The position numbers and the translations under genes were made by a program. Under the pieces are notes generated by a model. It had not been told where the DNA came from. It worked only from the letters and a program-made list of their open reading frames with translations, and did not search any database. A stretch of DNA of 64,000 bases, taken from assembly GCA_026936335.1 (NCBI GenBank), contig JAPMXV010000046.1, positions 372,001 through 436,000 on the forward strand, given 5' to 3'. Each line of letters opens with the position of its first letter. Positions within the stretch are counted from its first letter, which is position 1. Origin of the DNA: Mantamonas sphyraenae STR306 (lineage: Eukaryota > Protista > CRuMs). Positions 25,313 to 37,026 of this stretch are shown here, one piece after another.

Positions 25313-27429
25313 TCAGTCGGTTGTCACGGACCAGCGCATGTGCATGTCGCGTCGTTCGAGGTTGTCTTGGGCAGTGAGGCAGTTGACAAACTTGACAAAA
25401 CTCTCGCCGCCATCGTAGACGAGGGACAGAGCGTTGCTGGCAGGCATGACACGAAGCAGTTCACCCTGCTCCTTATCATAGTAGCAGGTGAAACCACCCA
25501 TGGCTTCCTCCCATGAGTTTTGCGAATGGAGACTGGTTGCATCGCCCTCTTCCACCCCGGGCATGTGGGACATGTGGAAGAACACGTCCAACCAATGGCA
25601 GTTGGAGCTGTCGTCAATGTCCACATCCTCCACGTCCTGCAACGCAGGCAACACATGATCGGTGCGCCCGAGCTGGAGCCCGACGTGTTCCGCATCAAAC
25701 AACATCGTGTAGTCTCCATGGCCAAACCGACGCACGTCCACACGTTGGGCCTTGGGCTTCACCTGCGTGTACAGCTGCAGCAGCCCTTGGAATGCCTCGC
25801 TGGCAAACAGCCCACGCACGTTCTCCACAACCTTGAGGTGCTGTGCATACGCCGTGTCCTCGTGGCCACCGTTCACCGTGTCGTCCAGAGACAGGTACCG
25901 TTGCACCTGTGTGGGGCCTTGTTGCTTCCACGGTGCAGGCACCATTTTCCAGGCGTCCGTCCGATCCACGTTCTGTGCCCTCACACAGAGCTTCCATGGC
26001 CTCTTGCAGCTCCTGGAAGCGCTGGGGCAAGAGGAAATGTTCCAGATGGATGTGCGACTCGTTCTCAAACACCGCTTGGATATCCTTGACCGTATCTGGG
26101 TTAAGGTAGTCCGCGGAGATCCACTCTGCCAGCACGTGGGAGGTGGCCACCGGCGTGTGCAGCTTGCTGCGATCGTATAAGCGTTCGTAGCAACGCTCCA
26201 CACCCTTGGAGATGCCTCGTGTAGGCGGAGGCACGGGGGTGACCTTGGAGGAGGAGGAGGAAGAGGATGAGGACGACGAGGAGGAGGAGGACGACGAGGA
26301 CGTTGTTTGTCCCTCGTTGTCTTCCTCAGGTGCCGCATGGAACCATCCCGAAATGGAGAGACGCACCTTGTCGGTAAGCACCTCCTGGACACAATGATGG
26401 CTGACATCGGTGACACTGAAGAAGGCAAAGGAGTTCCACTGAGGGACAAGGGTGGTGGCAATGGTGGAGGGGTCACCCTCCGCATTGCTGTTGAACAGTT
26501 GCAATGCCCCACCATCCTTCTCCTCCCAGTCCTCAGGCACCAGGTACAGAATATACGCAACCCGGCGGGTGGCAATGTCGTCGTCGTGGCACAACAGCAC
26601 ACCCGTACGCCCAAAGATCAGCCCATGCATGTCCACCTGCGAACTCAACCGGTGTCCCGTGATGGCCCCAATGTGGCCCAGGAACTCCGGGGAGTACAGC
26701 AGCCGTCGCAGCTGCGCCAGGTGCGGTGTGTTGGTTCGCCGCAAATCAGGCGTCTGGAAATAGTCAAAAAGATCAGTGCTCTTCTCGTGGAACTCCTGCT
26801 GCACCAGTTCCTCTTTGACCCGGTCCATAAACGTGTGCTCAAACACGTCTGTCAGACGCATGTGTGCAAACGGCTGCGCGGCTGCAAACTGCTTTGCCAG
26901 GGCCTCGTGAGCCTTGGTCCGCAGCGGTCCGCTGCCCAAAAGGCCTCGAACCTCTCGGGAGCCCATTGTTGTATCCTCCCCGTCTGCACCCTGGCCAACT
27001 TCCATTTCGTCTCCAGTCTCAGAAGTGGCTGACGAGGAGCTACGGCTGCTCCCTGTCCGGGTGGACCTTCGTGTGGGTTGGGAAGAGCCGTCGGCGGGTA
27101 GCATGCCGCGTTCCCTCATTTGTTCCAGAGTGAGCTCCTGCAGCAAATGGATCTCCTGGTCGTCCAACAACTCGGTCAACACAAGCATGGCATTGATGCG
27201 GTCCTGCACATGCTCGCATGCATTGATCTGACGCACCAGACCACGCACAGCGATGGCCAACACCGGGTTGGACTCCGCCAAAACCTCCCCAATCTCTGCC
27301 TCCTCGTCCACGTCGTCCGACGACTCTTTTCGCTCAACTGCCATCCGTTTATGGTTGGGCTCCTGTTCCTCCATCCTCATCAAGGCCCACCACCTGGTCC
27401 ACGTCTTCATCGCGCTGTCGCTTTGACAT
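25313..27429 (-). CDS. OGFOD1: Prolyl 3-hydroxylase OGFOD1/Tpa1 (2OG-Fe(II) dioxygenase); frameshifts near 27372 and ~25940-25985
   Basis: QPFAH, EKSTDLFDYFQTPDL, LLCHDDDIATRRVAYILYLVPEDWEEKDGGALQLF, SHHCVQEV and RLSISGWFH. C-terminal domain RRFGHGDYT..GGFTCY..NALSLVY..FVKFVN. Confidence 0.9.
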
Positions 27430-27563
27430 GTCCGAATCTTCTGGAGAAAACGATGTGTCCGCGCGGGCTCATGGCCCACCCCTGGGTTTGCCATGCGTGG
27501 AGGAAGCCTGCCAGACCCACAACGAGGGTGTGCGTACACATGGCAAGCCCTGTGCGCATTTGA

Positions 27564-28421
27564 ATGCAACTCAAAACGGTGCAGACAAGCATGGACAGCG
27601 TCTCCTACGCCTCTATCGTTGGCTCGCTGTTGGTCAATCTTGCAGTGACTGCCACCGCCCTGCTGTCCACTGACTCCATCCGTGACATGCTGTTCCACCA
27701 ACCATGGAGTGCCAGTTTGGCTGTGGATGTGCAACGGCTGTTGTTTGTGCCCTTGTTGCCACTGGGTTTTCTGGGCGTGTCTGTCGGTCTGGGCTCAGCC
27801 AACGACATCTCCAACGCCGTGGATCGCACCATGATGTTCTTTTTCCTGGGTGTGGTGGGTCTTCGTGCCAAGCAGTACAACGATGTGGGTGCACAGGTGT
27901 TTTCCGACCTGATCCTGATCGACATGGTGGTTTCCGCCGTCATTCTCCTTCTCATCATGATCTTCACCATCATCAACTTTCTGCGCCTGCGCAAACTGCT
28001 CTACACCTTTGCTGGCTTCATGCTCGTGTACTATGCCCTGGCCTGTCTCGTGTACCCGCAGTTGTTTGTGCACCAGCTGCAAACACACGGCTTCTCACGC
28101 GACGCTGCCCAGCAATCCATGCGTCTCGTGTTTCCCACCATGTCTGTCCTCACCCTCCTTGTGTTCTATTACCTCACCGAAGCAGACGAGCAGATTGGCG
28201 TCGACGTCAACGGCCTGCTCATCACCGAGTGGGGCGCAGCCACCCTCTTCTACGCATACTACCTGTACACACACCCGGGTCTCGTCCAGGACCTTGTCTA
28301 CATCCCCGCCGTCACAGGCACCCTCTTTGTCCTCCATGTCCTCGTCTGGTTCCAGGGTACCTTTGCCGTGGTCACACAAAGTGCTGCGGAAGATGACGAG
28401 TCGTGGAAGAAGATCAACTGA
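27564..28421 (+). CDS. Hypothetical ~8-TM membrane protein
   Basis: 285-aa intronless ORF with repeated hydrophobic segments and a basic WKKIN tail. The start may be 27591. Confidence 0.7.
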   Translation: MQLKTVQTSMDSVSYASIVGSLLVNLAVTATALLSTDSIRDMLFHQPWSASLAVDVQRLLFVPLLPLGFLGVSVGLGSANDISNAVDRTMMFFFLGVVGLRAKQYNDVGAQVFSDLILIDMVVSAVILLLIMIFTIINFLRLRKLLYTFAGFMLVYYALACLVYPQLFVHQLQTHGFSRDAAQQSMRLVFPTMSVLTLLVFYYLTEADEQIGVDVNGLLITEWGAATLFYAYYLYTHPGLVQDLVYIPAVTGTLFVLHVLVWFQGTFAVVTQSAAEDDESWKKIN

Positions 28422-28550
28422 AGCTCAAAAACACCGGCACAGCACCACAAAACCACACATTCACATCCACACACTCTTGTCACTGTTCAATGTTTCATTT
28501 GTCTCCATGTTGGGAGGGCGGGGTTGCTGGGGTTGCCGTTGCTTTTGCAT

Positions 28551-30300
28551 TCAGGCGCGTTGCGAGTCGTAGGTGTCGTTGGTGAGTGATCGGACGACGG
28601 CGTCGCTGACACCCGCGTCATACTCTGTCTCGATGGCAGCTGCATTGATCTGAAGCTGGTCCTGGTAGTCATTGACAGCGTACAGCAGGTGCTCAAACTC
28701 CTGCTGCTCCTCCTCCGTGGCGTCAAAGTAGGCGGGGGGTTCCCTGTCTGTGTCCCCAATCCCTCCTCCTGCTCCCCCTGGGCTGCGTGGACCGGCACTG
28801 ACCACAGGTTCGTCCTCAGTGGCCTCTCCTACGCTGTTGGTGCCCTGGAGGGAGCCCATGCGAGAGAGTTCGTGGCTGGAAGAGGGCACGGCGACGGAGG
28901 TCAACTGCTGCAAGGCTGCTGGCTGCACACCCAGGACCTTTGTCACCACAAACTGGCGTTCGACCTTGCGCATGGGTGCGCGTGCTTGCAAGCTGCGAGG
29001 GTGGTACAGAGTGGCCACGGGCGAAGGTGCCGTCCAGTCGGAGGGCACCACCTGAGCACGCACCACCTCGCAGGCCTCGCTGACCACATACAACTGGCGA
29101 GAGTGCCATGCATACTGCAGAAGACGCCGCTTCACCGTGTCTGTGCTATCCACCAGCCCCGTCTGTTCAAACTTGATCACTGGCGGTGCCTGTTCAACGG
29201 GTTTGAGGGTGAGCAGGGACAGCAGCATGAGTTTGCCCGTGTCCAGGAACAGAGCCAGCAGTGGGTGGGAACGGAAGCGCACCAACAGAGTGGTGTGCAC
29301 ATCCACGTCCACAATGTCTGTGCGTTGCAACGCAATGTGGTCTGGGATGGTGTACACTCGCACGGCATGGCCCTTGCAGACAGCCACCAGGAAGCGTGTG
29401 CCCAACTCACTGCTGGCCTCTCCACGACGCTGCGACTCTCCTTGCATCTCCTCATTCGAGTCCCTGTCCTGCAACACCTTGTCCCCGGGCAGAGTGGCCA
29501 CACCATCTGCGGTGGTGCTGCCGGAGGATGTCGCGGATGTCGCGGATGTCGAGGATGTCGAGGATGAGGATGCGTGGATGTCTTTTGTCTCGTTGTCGCT
29601 GTCAGAGGCACGGGTGAACGCTGTGCCACGGCCATAGTCAAAGACGGCGCGTGTGTCTGTACCCACAGCCTCGCCTAGGGTGGAGCGCCCCTTGGTGACA
29701 CGCGGGTGCCAAACATGCGGATGGGACGACACGGGCTCGCCACATTCGTCCAGCACGTAGAGGTTGGTGACGGGAGAACCCTTGCGTGGACGGAAACTGG
29801 CAGCCACGACGGCGTCGTCCATGTTGATGGCAGCCACTGTGCCGTCCTGGCACCCGACGTAGAGGAGGGCAGGGTCGTCCGTGTGCAAGTTGTTGACATC
29901 GTCGCAGACAGTCATGCACAGCACGGGGTTGGCACTGCTGGACTCGTACACCTTGTCGAAGAAGTGCAGGTGGGCACCGACGTCGGTGACACCCTCTGCA
30001 GCCATGTCCAGGACAGAGACATGGCCCACACTGTCACCCACACAGAATTTGCGTACGGTGAAGCCATAGGCAAAGGCCAGAGTGGTCACTGCCCCCTCGT
30101 GGTGCTTCATCGTCTGTAGCACGGAAAAGCGAGAGTCCACAAGACTGAGCAACATCACCCAACCGTTGGCATAGCCCACCAGCAGCTGCGATGTGAATGC
30201 TTGGAATGCCACAGCCGTGATGCAAGGGTATCCCTCCTTGTCTGTGTTGGATGTGTCGGATGGGCTGTCGTTGCCGTTGTCGGTGGTGGTGGTGGAGGAG

Positions 30301-30341
<41 letters not shown>

Positions 30342-32142
30342 GTCTGCAGAGGGTGAAGAGCTGCTGGTTGGTGTAAAGCCCTCGACCGCATCTAGCCATT
30401 CGTGGGCGTTGCCTGTCTGCAAGAGGACGAGTCCCTGGTCCGAGTGGGCCCAGAAGCAAATGGTGCCGTCTTTGCCTGCAGTGACAGAGAGCGTGCACGT
30501 TTCCTGTCCCAAGGAAGCCGGTTTGCCGCCGCGCACAATGTGTGTGAGCTCCTGGGTCACGGAGGAGCCATCGACGGCTTCGACCTGGTCGAGGAGACGC
30601 AGCATGTCCACAGGCTGACGTTCGTACACTTGAAAGGCGACGATGGGGCTGGATTGGAGGGTGGGTGGGAGGACGAGTGGATGGAGGCGAGCACGCGGGT
30701 CGTTGATGGTGATTTCGTCGTTGGTGCCCAAGACAATAAAGGATTCCGGGTAGCGATGGTCATACTCCCACAGGGTGTCTGCGTAGGTGGGCAAGGCACA
30801 GCGCACGTCGTTGTGGTACGGGGTAAACACACGTGTGGCCAGGCGAGGTCCGTTGAGTTCCGTGATGCCATTGTGGCCCGAGGTGAGGGAACCACCCACC
30901 ACAAAGACATGGCCCAGGGAACATTGGGTAATGTCCACGTCGCCATCGTAGTCAAAGTGACCCACCCACCACATCTGCGTGATGGGACGGCGAGGCCCAC
31001 GTTCGCGAGTGCAAAAGGTGCGCAGCAGAGGCGACAGAGGGAACTTGGGATGCCACAGCATGATCTCACCACTGTCGTAGCCACAGGCAAAGGCACGTCC
31101 ACTCGTGTGCCAAGCGGCGTCCACAACGGCCGAGCCGTTGACCGGCGGCTCGTACTCCTCCTGCACTGCGTTGTCGTCTATGTCCCACAGCACGCAGCGG
31201 CCATTGGAGAACCCAATGAGCAGTTGGGCGTCGTTGTCGGGCCTGCGACGGATGCAGGTGACGGCAGGCACGTCTGTGCGGTTGTGTGCAAACACCTTGC
31301 GGTGGTCGATCGAGTTGCGGGTGATGCACTGCCGCTCCAGTTCAAAGAACTTGACGTTGCACAGCTCCGTGCCGATAAATATGTACTTGGAGTCGACGGG
31401 GCATTCGATAGACGTCACCCTGTGGGATGTGTGTGCGCGTCCGCGGGGCCGTCAACGGTGTGAGCGAGGTGATGGGAAGACGTTGACGCTGAGGGCGAGT
31501 TTGTGGAATTGTGCCAGACGCACCTTTCCGTGACATCGCCCGCGTAGATGTCTGTGCCCTGCTGATAGTCCCACAGATTGACCACGCTGTTCTTGCTCAC
31601 AGAGATGAGGATGCCCTGAGGAGCGGGGAAAGCGAGTGTGGGGCAGGAGGGCGTCCAGGGAAGGCGTGGACGACCAGAGCGTGTTGGGAGGGGACCGGGG
31701 TCAGGTGAACGGGAACAGCGGTTGTGGGCATGGGCTGTGTCGCTAAAGGAGATTGGGCAACACGTACGGTGTTGATAATGAAGCGGAGCATGGTAACGGG
31801 TGTGCTGATGCCTGTCTCGATGGCATACTCGACGCCTTCGCGGCCAAAGAGTTTGATCTCGCCGTGGCGAGTGCCCACAGCAAGCAGACGCTGCACAGGA
31901 TCAAAGTCCATGCAGATGCAATCGCGTGGGATGCCATGGTGGGCAGCCTATGCGTGGTGGGGTGTAAAGGGGGGGGGGGGGGGGGGGGTGGAGGGATGGT
32001 GAGCACAGAAGTTCACAACGCGCGTGGTCTCGTGTTCACCTACACGCAGCAATTGCATGGCAAAGTCACCCTTGTTGTCTGCCATGGGATCGTAGAGACG
32101 ATCACTGCGCATTTTGGCCTTGATCGACTTGAAAAAGGTCAT
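28551..32142 (-). CDS. Tomosyn/Lethal giant larvae (Sro7/STXBP5/LLGL) family WD40 protein; three short introns between ~32043 and ~31420
   Basis: Spliced HHGIPRDCICMDFDPVQRLLAVGTRHGEIKLFGREGVE, QLLIGFSNG..LWD, AWHTSGRAFACGYDSGEIMLW and TAGKDGTICFW are Lgl/tomosyn signatures. Confidence 0.85.
31969..31988. repeat. G20 homopolymer in the first tomosyn/Lgl intron
   Basis: Read directly. Confidence 0.95.
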
Positions 32143-32217
32143 GGTGAAAAGGGGGGAAATTTGTTTGGCTGCACCAGAGGTGCGCACACACTCACACACA
32201 TGTTGCGCGGCGTTGTT

Positions 32218-34089
32218 TCACTCAAACACATCGCCGTAGTGGAGGACGAGGTTTTTGAACAGCTGGCTTTCCATACGGAGAGTGGGGCAGAAGACAATGG
32301 CGAGGTTGCTGACCTTCATCTTGTTGACCTTGTGCTCTGCCTCGATGTAGGAGAGCATGCTGAAAAGCCACTGGGCAACGGCGTAGTTGGGCGGTGGGAG
32401 GAGACGTGTGACATAGCGCATGGCGTTGAGGCCCTCCTCCGAGTCGTAGTCGAGCTCCTCGTAGATATAATCACGGGTGACGGCGTCGGGCAACAGCTTG
32501 CTGGGCAACTCACGGAAGTAGAGCTTCAAGAGACCAGCAGTGACATTCACATCGGGTTTCTCCTGATCAAAGTCGATGGCATCCCCGGCGTCGTAGCGTC
32601 GACGGTATTCCTGGATTTGGGCGTTGTCTCCGGACAGGCGGAAGATGCCTTCTTCAGTGATGCCATGCTCCTGGATGTAGGATATGCACTGGCGGACGAC
32701 GGATGGGAGGACGCCCTGGTAGGGGTCTGTGAGGATGGCAGCGTCCTCGAGTGGGATACCAAACAGCCGGGACCGCTGGTTGACATAGTCATCGTTGGCA
32801 AAGTACATGGCATCGCCTTGGTTGCCATTGTTGCCACTGTCGTCATCTCCACCACCGCCGTCTCCTCCTTCCTCCCTGCGTTTCTGCTTGAGTTCCGCTA
32901 GACGGTGGCCCATGGATTGGCCCTTTTCCTTTGCCCTTGCTTTGAGTGCTGCAAAGCGACTGGCCCCACCACTGGAGTTCATGTCCTGGTCCTCCTCCGC
33001 GTCTGCACTCGGGTCTGTGTGCAAGCCCATGTCCCCCTGCTGGTGCTGCTGCTGTTGCTGCTGCTGAACACCATCATGCTCATCAGTGCCGTCAGCAGCA
33101 TCGTTGGGGTGTTGGTGGTCCTGGCCATCGTTGCTTCCATGTGCACCCTCTTCCTGGTTTCGTTTCTGTTTCAGTTCCGCCAGACGATGGCCCATGGATT
33201 GTCCCTTTTCCTTGGCCCTCGCCTTGAGGGCAGCAAAGCGACTGCCTCCCGCACCACCACCTGAGCTTGTATCCTGATCATCATCGTCGCCATCGCCTGT
33301 GTCATCCTCGCCCAGATCGATGTTTGTCATGTCGCCGTCCTGTGTGTCTTGGCCGCCGCCCCCGCCGCGGGTTGCCAGTTTGCGGTTGAGGGCGCCGACA
33401 AGGGAGCGGTTGGTGCTGCTGCTGCTTTGGTTGTGGGAGGCCCCCGACGCGCCTGTGTTGTGTTTCTTGGAGGAGAAGGAGTCCTGTGGGGTGGGCACGG
33501 GTCGTTCGGGCACACGCATGGCTGTGTCGGCCAGGTCGGCGTCGTTGTTGGAGACGGAGCGAGCCAAAGGGGTCTTCTTCTTGGGCGACGGCAAGGCCTT
33601 TTTAGGGGGACCCGATGCCACGGAATGGCTGTAGGATCGGCCACCACCGTTGGGGGACGACGATGCCTGTGTGTCTGTGTTGCTGTTGCCATTGTCCTGT
33701 GCTTTGGTCTGGAACGCTTGCATGCGGTCGCTGAGGCTGCTCGAACCGGCGTTGGCCTTGGGACGATTCTTGCGAGGCGGCGGCGTGGGCGGCGGGCCTT
33801 CGGGTTCCTCCAAGGACGGGGAGCGATGGAGGGAAGGGGAACTGGACTGAGAGGATGTGTTTGTGTTGTTGTTCCTGCTGCTGTAACTTGTGTTGTGGTT
33901 GCCGGTGTTGGTGCTGGTGCTGTTTGCCGTGCTCGTGGACCAGGGTGAGGGACGTGCAGGCTTGGCTGGGGGTTTGCTCTTGGGCTTGCTGCCACTGCCG
34001 CCAGTGTTGGACTGCGACAGGTTTTGCTGCTCAAAGCGGGCCCTTAGGTCGCTGATGGACTGTTGCTTGCCCGCACCAGAGTTGCTCAT
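32218..34089 (-). CDS. RhoGAP-domain protein (RalBP1-like GAP domain) with a long disordered N-terminus
   Basis: LFGIPLE..LPSVVRQCISYIQEHGITEEGIFRLSG (arginine finger), AGLLKLYFRELP and NKMKVSNLAIVFCPTL. Likely start MSNSGAGK at 34089. Confidence 0.9.
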   Translation of the reverse strand: MSNSGAGKQQSISDLRARFEQQNLSQSNTGGSGSKPKSKPPAKPARPSPWSTSTANSTSTNTGNHNTSYSSRNNNTNTSSQSSSPSLHRSPSLEEPEGPPPTPPPRKNRPKANAGSSSLSDRMQAFQTKAQDNGNSNTDTQASSSPNGGGRSYSHSVASGPPKKALPSPKKKTPLARSVSNNDADLADTAMRVPERPVPTPQDSFSSKKHNTGASGASHNQSSSSTNRSLVGALNRKLATRGGGGGQDTQDGDMTNIDLGEDDTGDGDDDDQDTSSGGGAGGSRFAALKARAKEKGQSMGHRLAELKQKRNQEEGAHGSNDGQDHQHPNDAADGTDEHDGVQQQQQQQHQQGDMGLHTDPSADAEEDQDMNSSGGASRFAALKARAKEKGQSMGHRLAELKQKRREEGGDGGGGDDDSGNNGNQGDAMYFANDDYVNQRSRLFGIPLEDAAILTDPYQGVLPSVVRQCISYIQEHGITEEGIFRLSGDNAQIQEYRRRYDAGDAIDFDQEKPDVNVTAGLLKLYFRELPSKLLPDAVTRDYIYEELDYDSEEGLNAMRYVTRLLPPPNYAVAQWLFSMLSYIEAEHKVNKMKVSNLAIVFCPTLRMESQLFKNLVLHYGDVFE

Positions 34090-34162
34090 GGGGCGGGGGC
34101 GGTGGGGTTGTTGTTTGGTGCTGCCGACGTGGGGCCAACCAAAACTCCTTGTTTGTTTCGCC

Positions 34163-35395
34163 ATGGCTGTGCCTACGTTTCTGGAAGGACTGTCTGTGGG
34201 TGCATCGGCATCGTTGGCCACGTTTATGACGTCATTGGCGAGTCTGGCATGTCTTGCCCTGCTGCCCATCACGGGACGCAACGCAGCACGGGTGCGTTCG
34301 CACTGGTTGCTGTCCGTGTTGATGGGCTTTGCATGCGGTGGCATGCTGGGCGATGCCTTTTTGCATTTGATTCCGCATGCGTTTGATCCGCACGATCACC
34401 ATGGACATGGGCATGACGGTGGGGCGCATCCTCACGGGGAGCACCACCACCACCACGATCACCACCACGATCACCACCACGAACACAAGCATGATCATGA
34501 CCACGGACATGAGCACAAGCATGAGGAGCATCATCACCATCATCACCACCATGATCATGGGCATGATCATGGGCATGATCATGGGCACGACCATTCGGCC
34601 GGGTTGCAAATTGGCCTGTTGATCCTGGCTGGCATCCTTTTCTTCCTGCTGGTTGAGAAGCTGGTGCAGTGGATGACGCGCAACACGGGCCATTCGCACG
34701 CACACGGGCATGCACACGGCCACAGCCACGGCGCCGTGCACAAGAAGGAGAAGGAGGAGGAGGAACAAGAAGACGTCGACGCCAAGGGAGGGTCGACGGG
34801 CGCCGAAACGCTGCGTCAACGCAAGGGAGCCCAGGGCAAGAAGGAGGCCAAGGGCAACACAGGCAAGAAGCAAGGCAAACAGAGCGAGACATCGACATCG
34901 CAGGAGGAGGAGGATGAGAAGGCGGCGGCATTGCCTCTGTTGCAACGTGTGCGTCCTGCAGCGTGGTTGAACCTGGTGGCCGATGGGATCCACAACATTT
35001 CGGACGGGGTGGCTGTGGCTGCGGCGTTTCTTGTGTCGCCGCAGGTGGGATGGACCACTGCAGTGGCCGTGTTCTTCCATGAACTGCCACAGGAGCTGGC
35101 TGACTATGTGGTGCTCATCCGCAACGGGTTCACCCCCACCGAGGCTCTGGTAGTCAACTTTCTCATTGCACTGGCTGCCATGCTGGGCAATGTGGCCGTG
35201 TGGGCCATTGGAACGTGGGTGGCTGATTCCGTGTCCCTGGTACTGCCCTTTGCGGCAGGCGGCTTCATCTACATTGCCCTCGTCGACCTGGTCCCGGACC
35301 TCTTGGCCAGCAGCACAGCCCTGGACATGATCACCCAGTTTGTTGGGTTGTTGCTGGGCATTGGTGTGTCGTATGTGATTGCACTGTACGAGTAA
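34163..35395 (+). CDS. ZIP (SLC39) zinc transporter, ZIP7/KE4-like, with His-rich loops
   Basis: FACGGMLGDAFLHLIPHA, poly-His tract, AWLNLVADGIHNISDG, FFHELPQELADY and PFAAGGFIYIA. Confidence 0.92.
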   Translation: MAVPTFLEGLSVGASASLATFMTSLASLACLALLPITGRNAARVRSHWLLSVLMGFACGGMLGDAFLHLIPHAFDPHDHHGHGHDGGAHPHGEHHHHHDHHHDHHHEHKHDHDHGHEHKHEEHHHHHHHHDHGHDHGHDHGHDHSAGLQIGLLILAGILFFLLVEKLVQWMTRNTGHSHAHGHAHGHSHGAVHKKEKEEEEQEDVDAKGGSTGAETLRQRKGAQGKKEAKGNTGKKQGKQSETSTSQEEEDEKAAALPLLQRVRPAAWLNLVADGIHNISDGVAVAAAFLVSPQVGWTTAVAVFFHELPQELADYVVLIRNGFTPTEALVVNFLIALAAMLGNVAVWAIGTWVADSVSLVLPFAAGGFIYIALVDLVPDLLASSTALDMITQFVGLLLGIGVSYVIALYE

Positions 35396-35462
35396 AGAGG
35401 GAGAAAGTGTGTGTGTGTGTGTGCGCAGGCGAGGGCACGCAAAGTGATCGACACACACAAGC

Positions 35463-36941
35463 ATGGACGTGCAAGGAGACATTGAATACATTGTGGATTC
35501 TGGCGACGACCAGAAGGACAGGACCGATGCCTACAAGGTGCTTGTGGAGAAGATCTTTGAGAATGGAGAGATGGACGACTTTGTGACGTTTGTGAACCAC
35601 AGTACGTTGTGGAGGAAAGTGAGATTGCACAAAACAAACAAGAGTCAGGGAGGGGGTCTTGCTCACACTGTGGCGGCTGCGTGGTGTGTTTGGATGTGCG
35701 TGTGTGAACTCACCCACACAGTGCTGGCGGAGGAGGAGATGCCGCTGGTGATTGCACGCCAGGTGTTTCTTCACTTTGCCAACCACATGGTGAGCCTGAA
35801 TCCGGGTCTGCAAATGGAGGTAGGTGGCGACAGGGAGGGTCGGGAGCTTGACGGAAGAGGAAGAAACAAGGGTGCTGACGCGTCGTGAATTCCACAGGTC
35901 GGCAACTACACGCTGGATCGGGTGAGCAACAGGGCAATCAGCTTTGAGGAGCCCGTGGCCATTATCCGAGAGCATTTGGGCACGCTGCTGGAGAGCGAGG
36001 GCAACTACGAAGAGGCAGCTCAGATGCTGGCGCTGATCCCGCTGGAATCGGGAGTGCGGTGAGTTTTCCCTCTCTCTCTTTGCGTCGAAGAAGTTGTGTG
36101 TGCGCTTAGGAGAGGCTTACAGGGGATGAACACACACACCATGCACACCATGCACATGTACATACATACGCACAGGGTGTTGGATGCCAACTACAAGATC
36201 CGCATGAACGTGACGATCGCAAACCTGTACTTGAAGCAGGCAAACCCAAAGGCGGCGGAGCTGTACATCAACAAGGCGGCAGGGCTGCTTCCGGAGAAGC
36301 ACGAGCGCAAGTGGAGCCTGGAGTACAAGGCAGCGTACACAAAGATCCAAGACTACAACCAACGGTACATTGAGGCGTCGCGCAACTACTACAGCCTGGC
36401 ACAGGAGAAGGATCTGGTCGCCAGCCAGGAGCAGTTCCTGAAGAGTGCGGTGGTGTCGGGCATTCTGGCGCCTGCTGGGCCGCAGCGTTCGCGCATGTTG
36501 GCTCTGCTGTACAAGTTTGAAGCCACACAGAACCTGGACAAGGAGCTTGTGGACATGCTGGAGAACATGTACCTGGGTCGCATCCTGCGCTCGCCCGCCG
36601 TGGAGCAGTTCCGCGGCCATCTGGAAGAGTACCAGAGCAACACAGACAGCAACGGAACCACAGATCTGGAGCGAGCGGTCATTGAACACAACTTGCTGTC
36701 GTGTGCCTCGCTGTACTGCAACATTTCGTTTTCGGAGCTGGGCAAGCTGCTGGGCATCGAGCCCATGGTGGCTGAGGACATTGCAGCACGCATGATTGGA
36801 GAGTCTCGTATGACGGCCACCATCGACCAGATTGATGAGCTGCTGGTGTTTGAGAACGACGAGCAGCTGAGCGAGTGGGACACGGTTATTGCCGAGCTGT
36901 GCCAGAGCGTGGATGATGTCTACGAGACGATTCATGGGTGA
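35463..36941 (+). CDS. COPS4: COP9 signalosome subunit 4 (PCI domain); three introns (~35602-35721, ~35820-35897, ~36059-36175)
   Basis: Spliced LVIARQVF, RAISFEEPVAIIREHL..AAQMLALIPLESG, ILAPAGPQRSRMLALLYK, LERAVIEHNLLS..LYCNISFSELGKLL and IDQID. Confidence 0.93.
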
Positions 36942-37026
36942 GGGATGAATCGAGTGTTGCAAATACAGCGGTTTGATGATGAGTGTGGTGCAACATATTG
37001 ATACAAACGGCGGTTTGTTGGATCGA

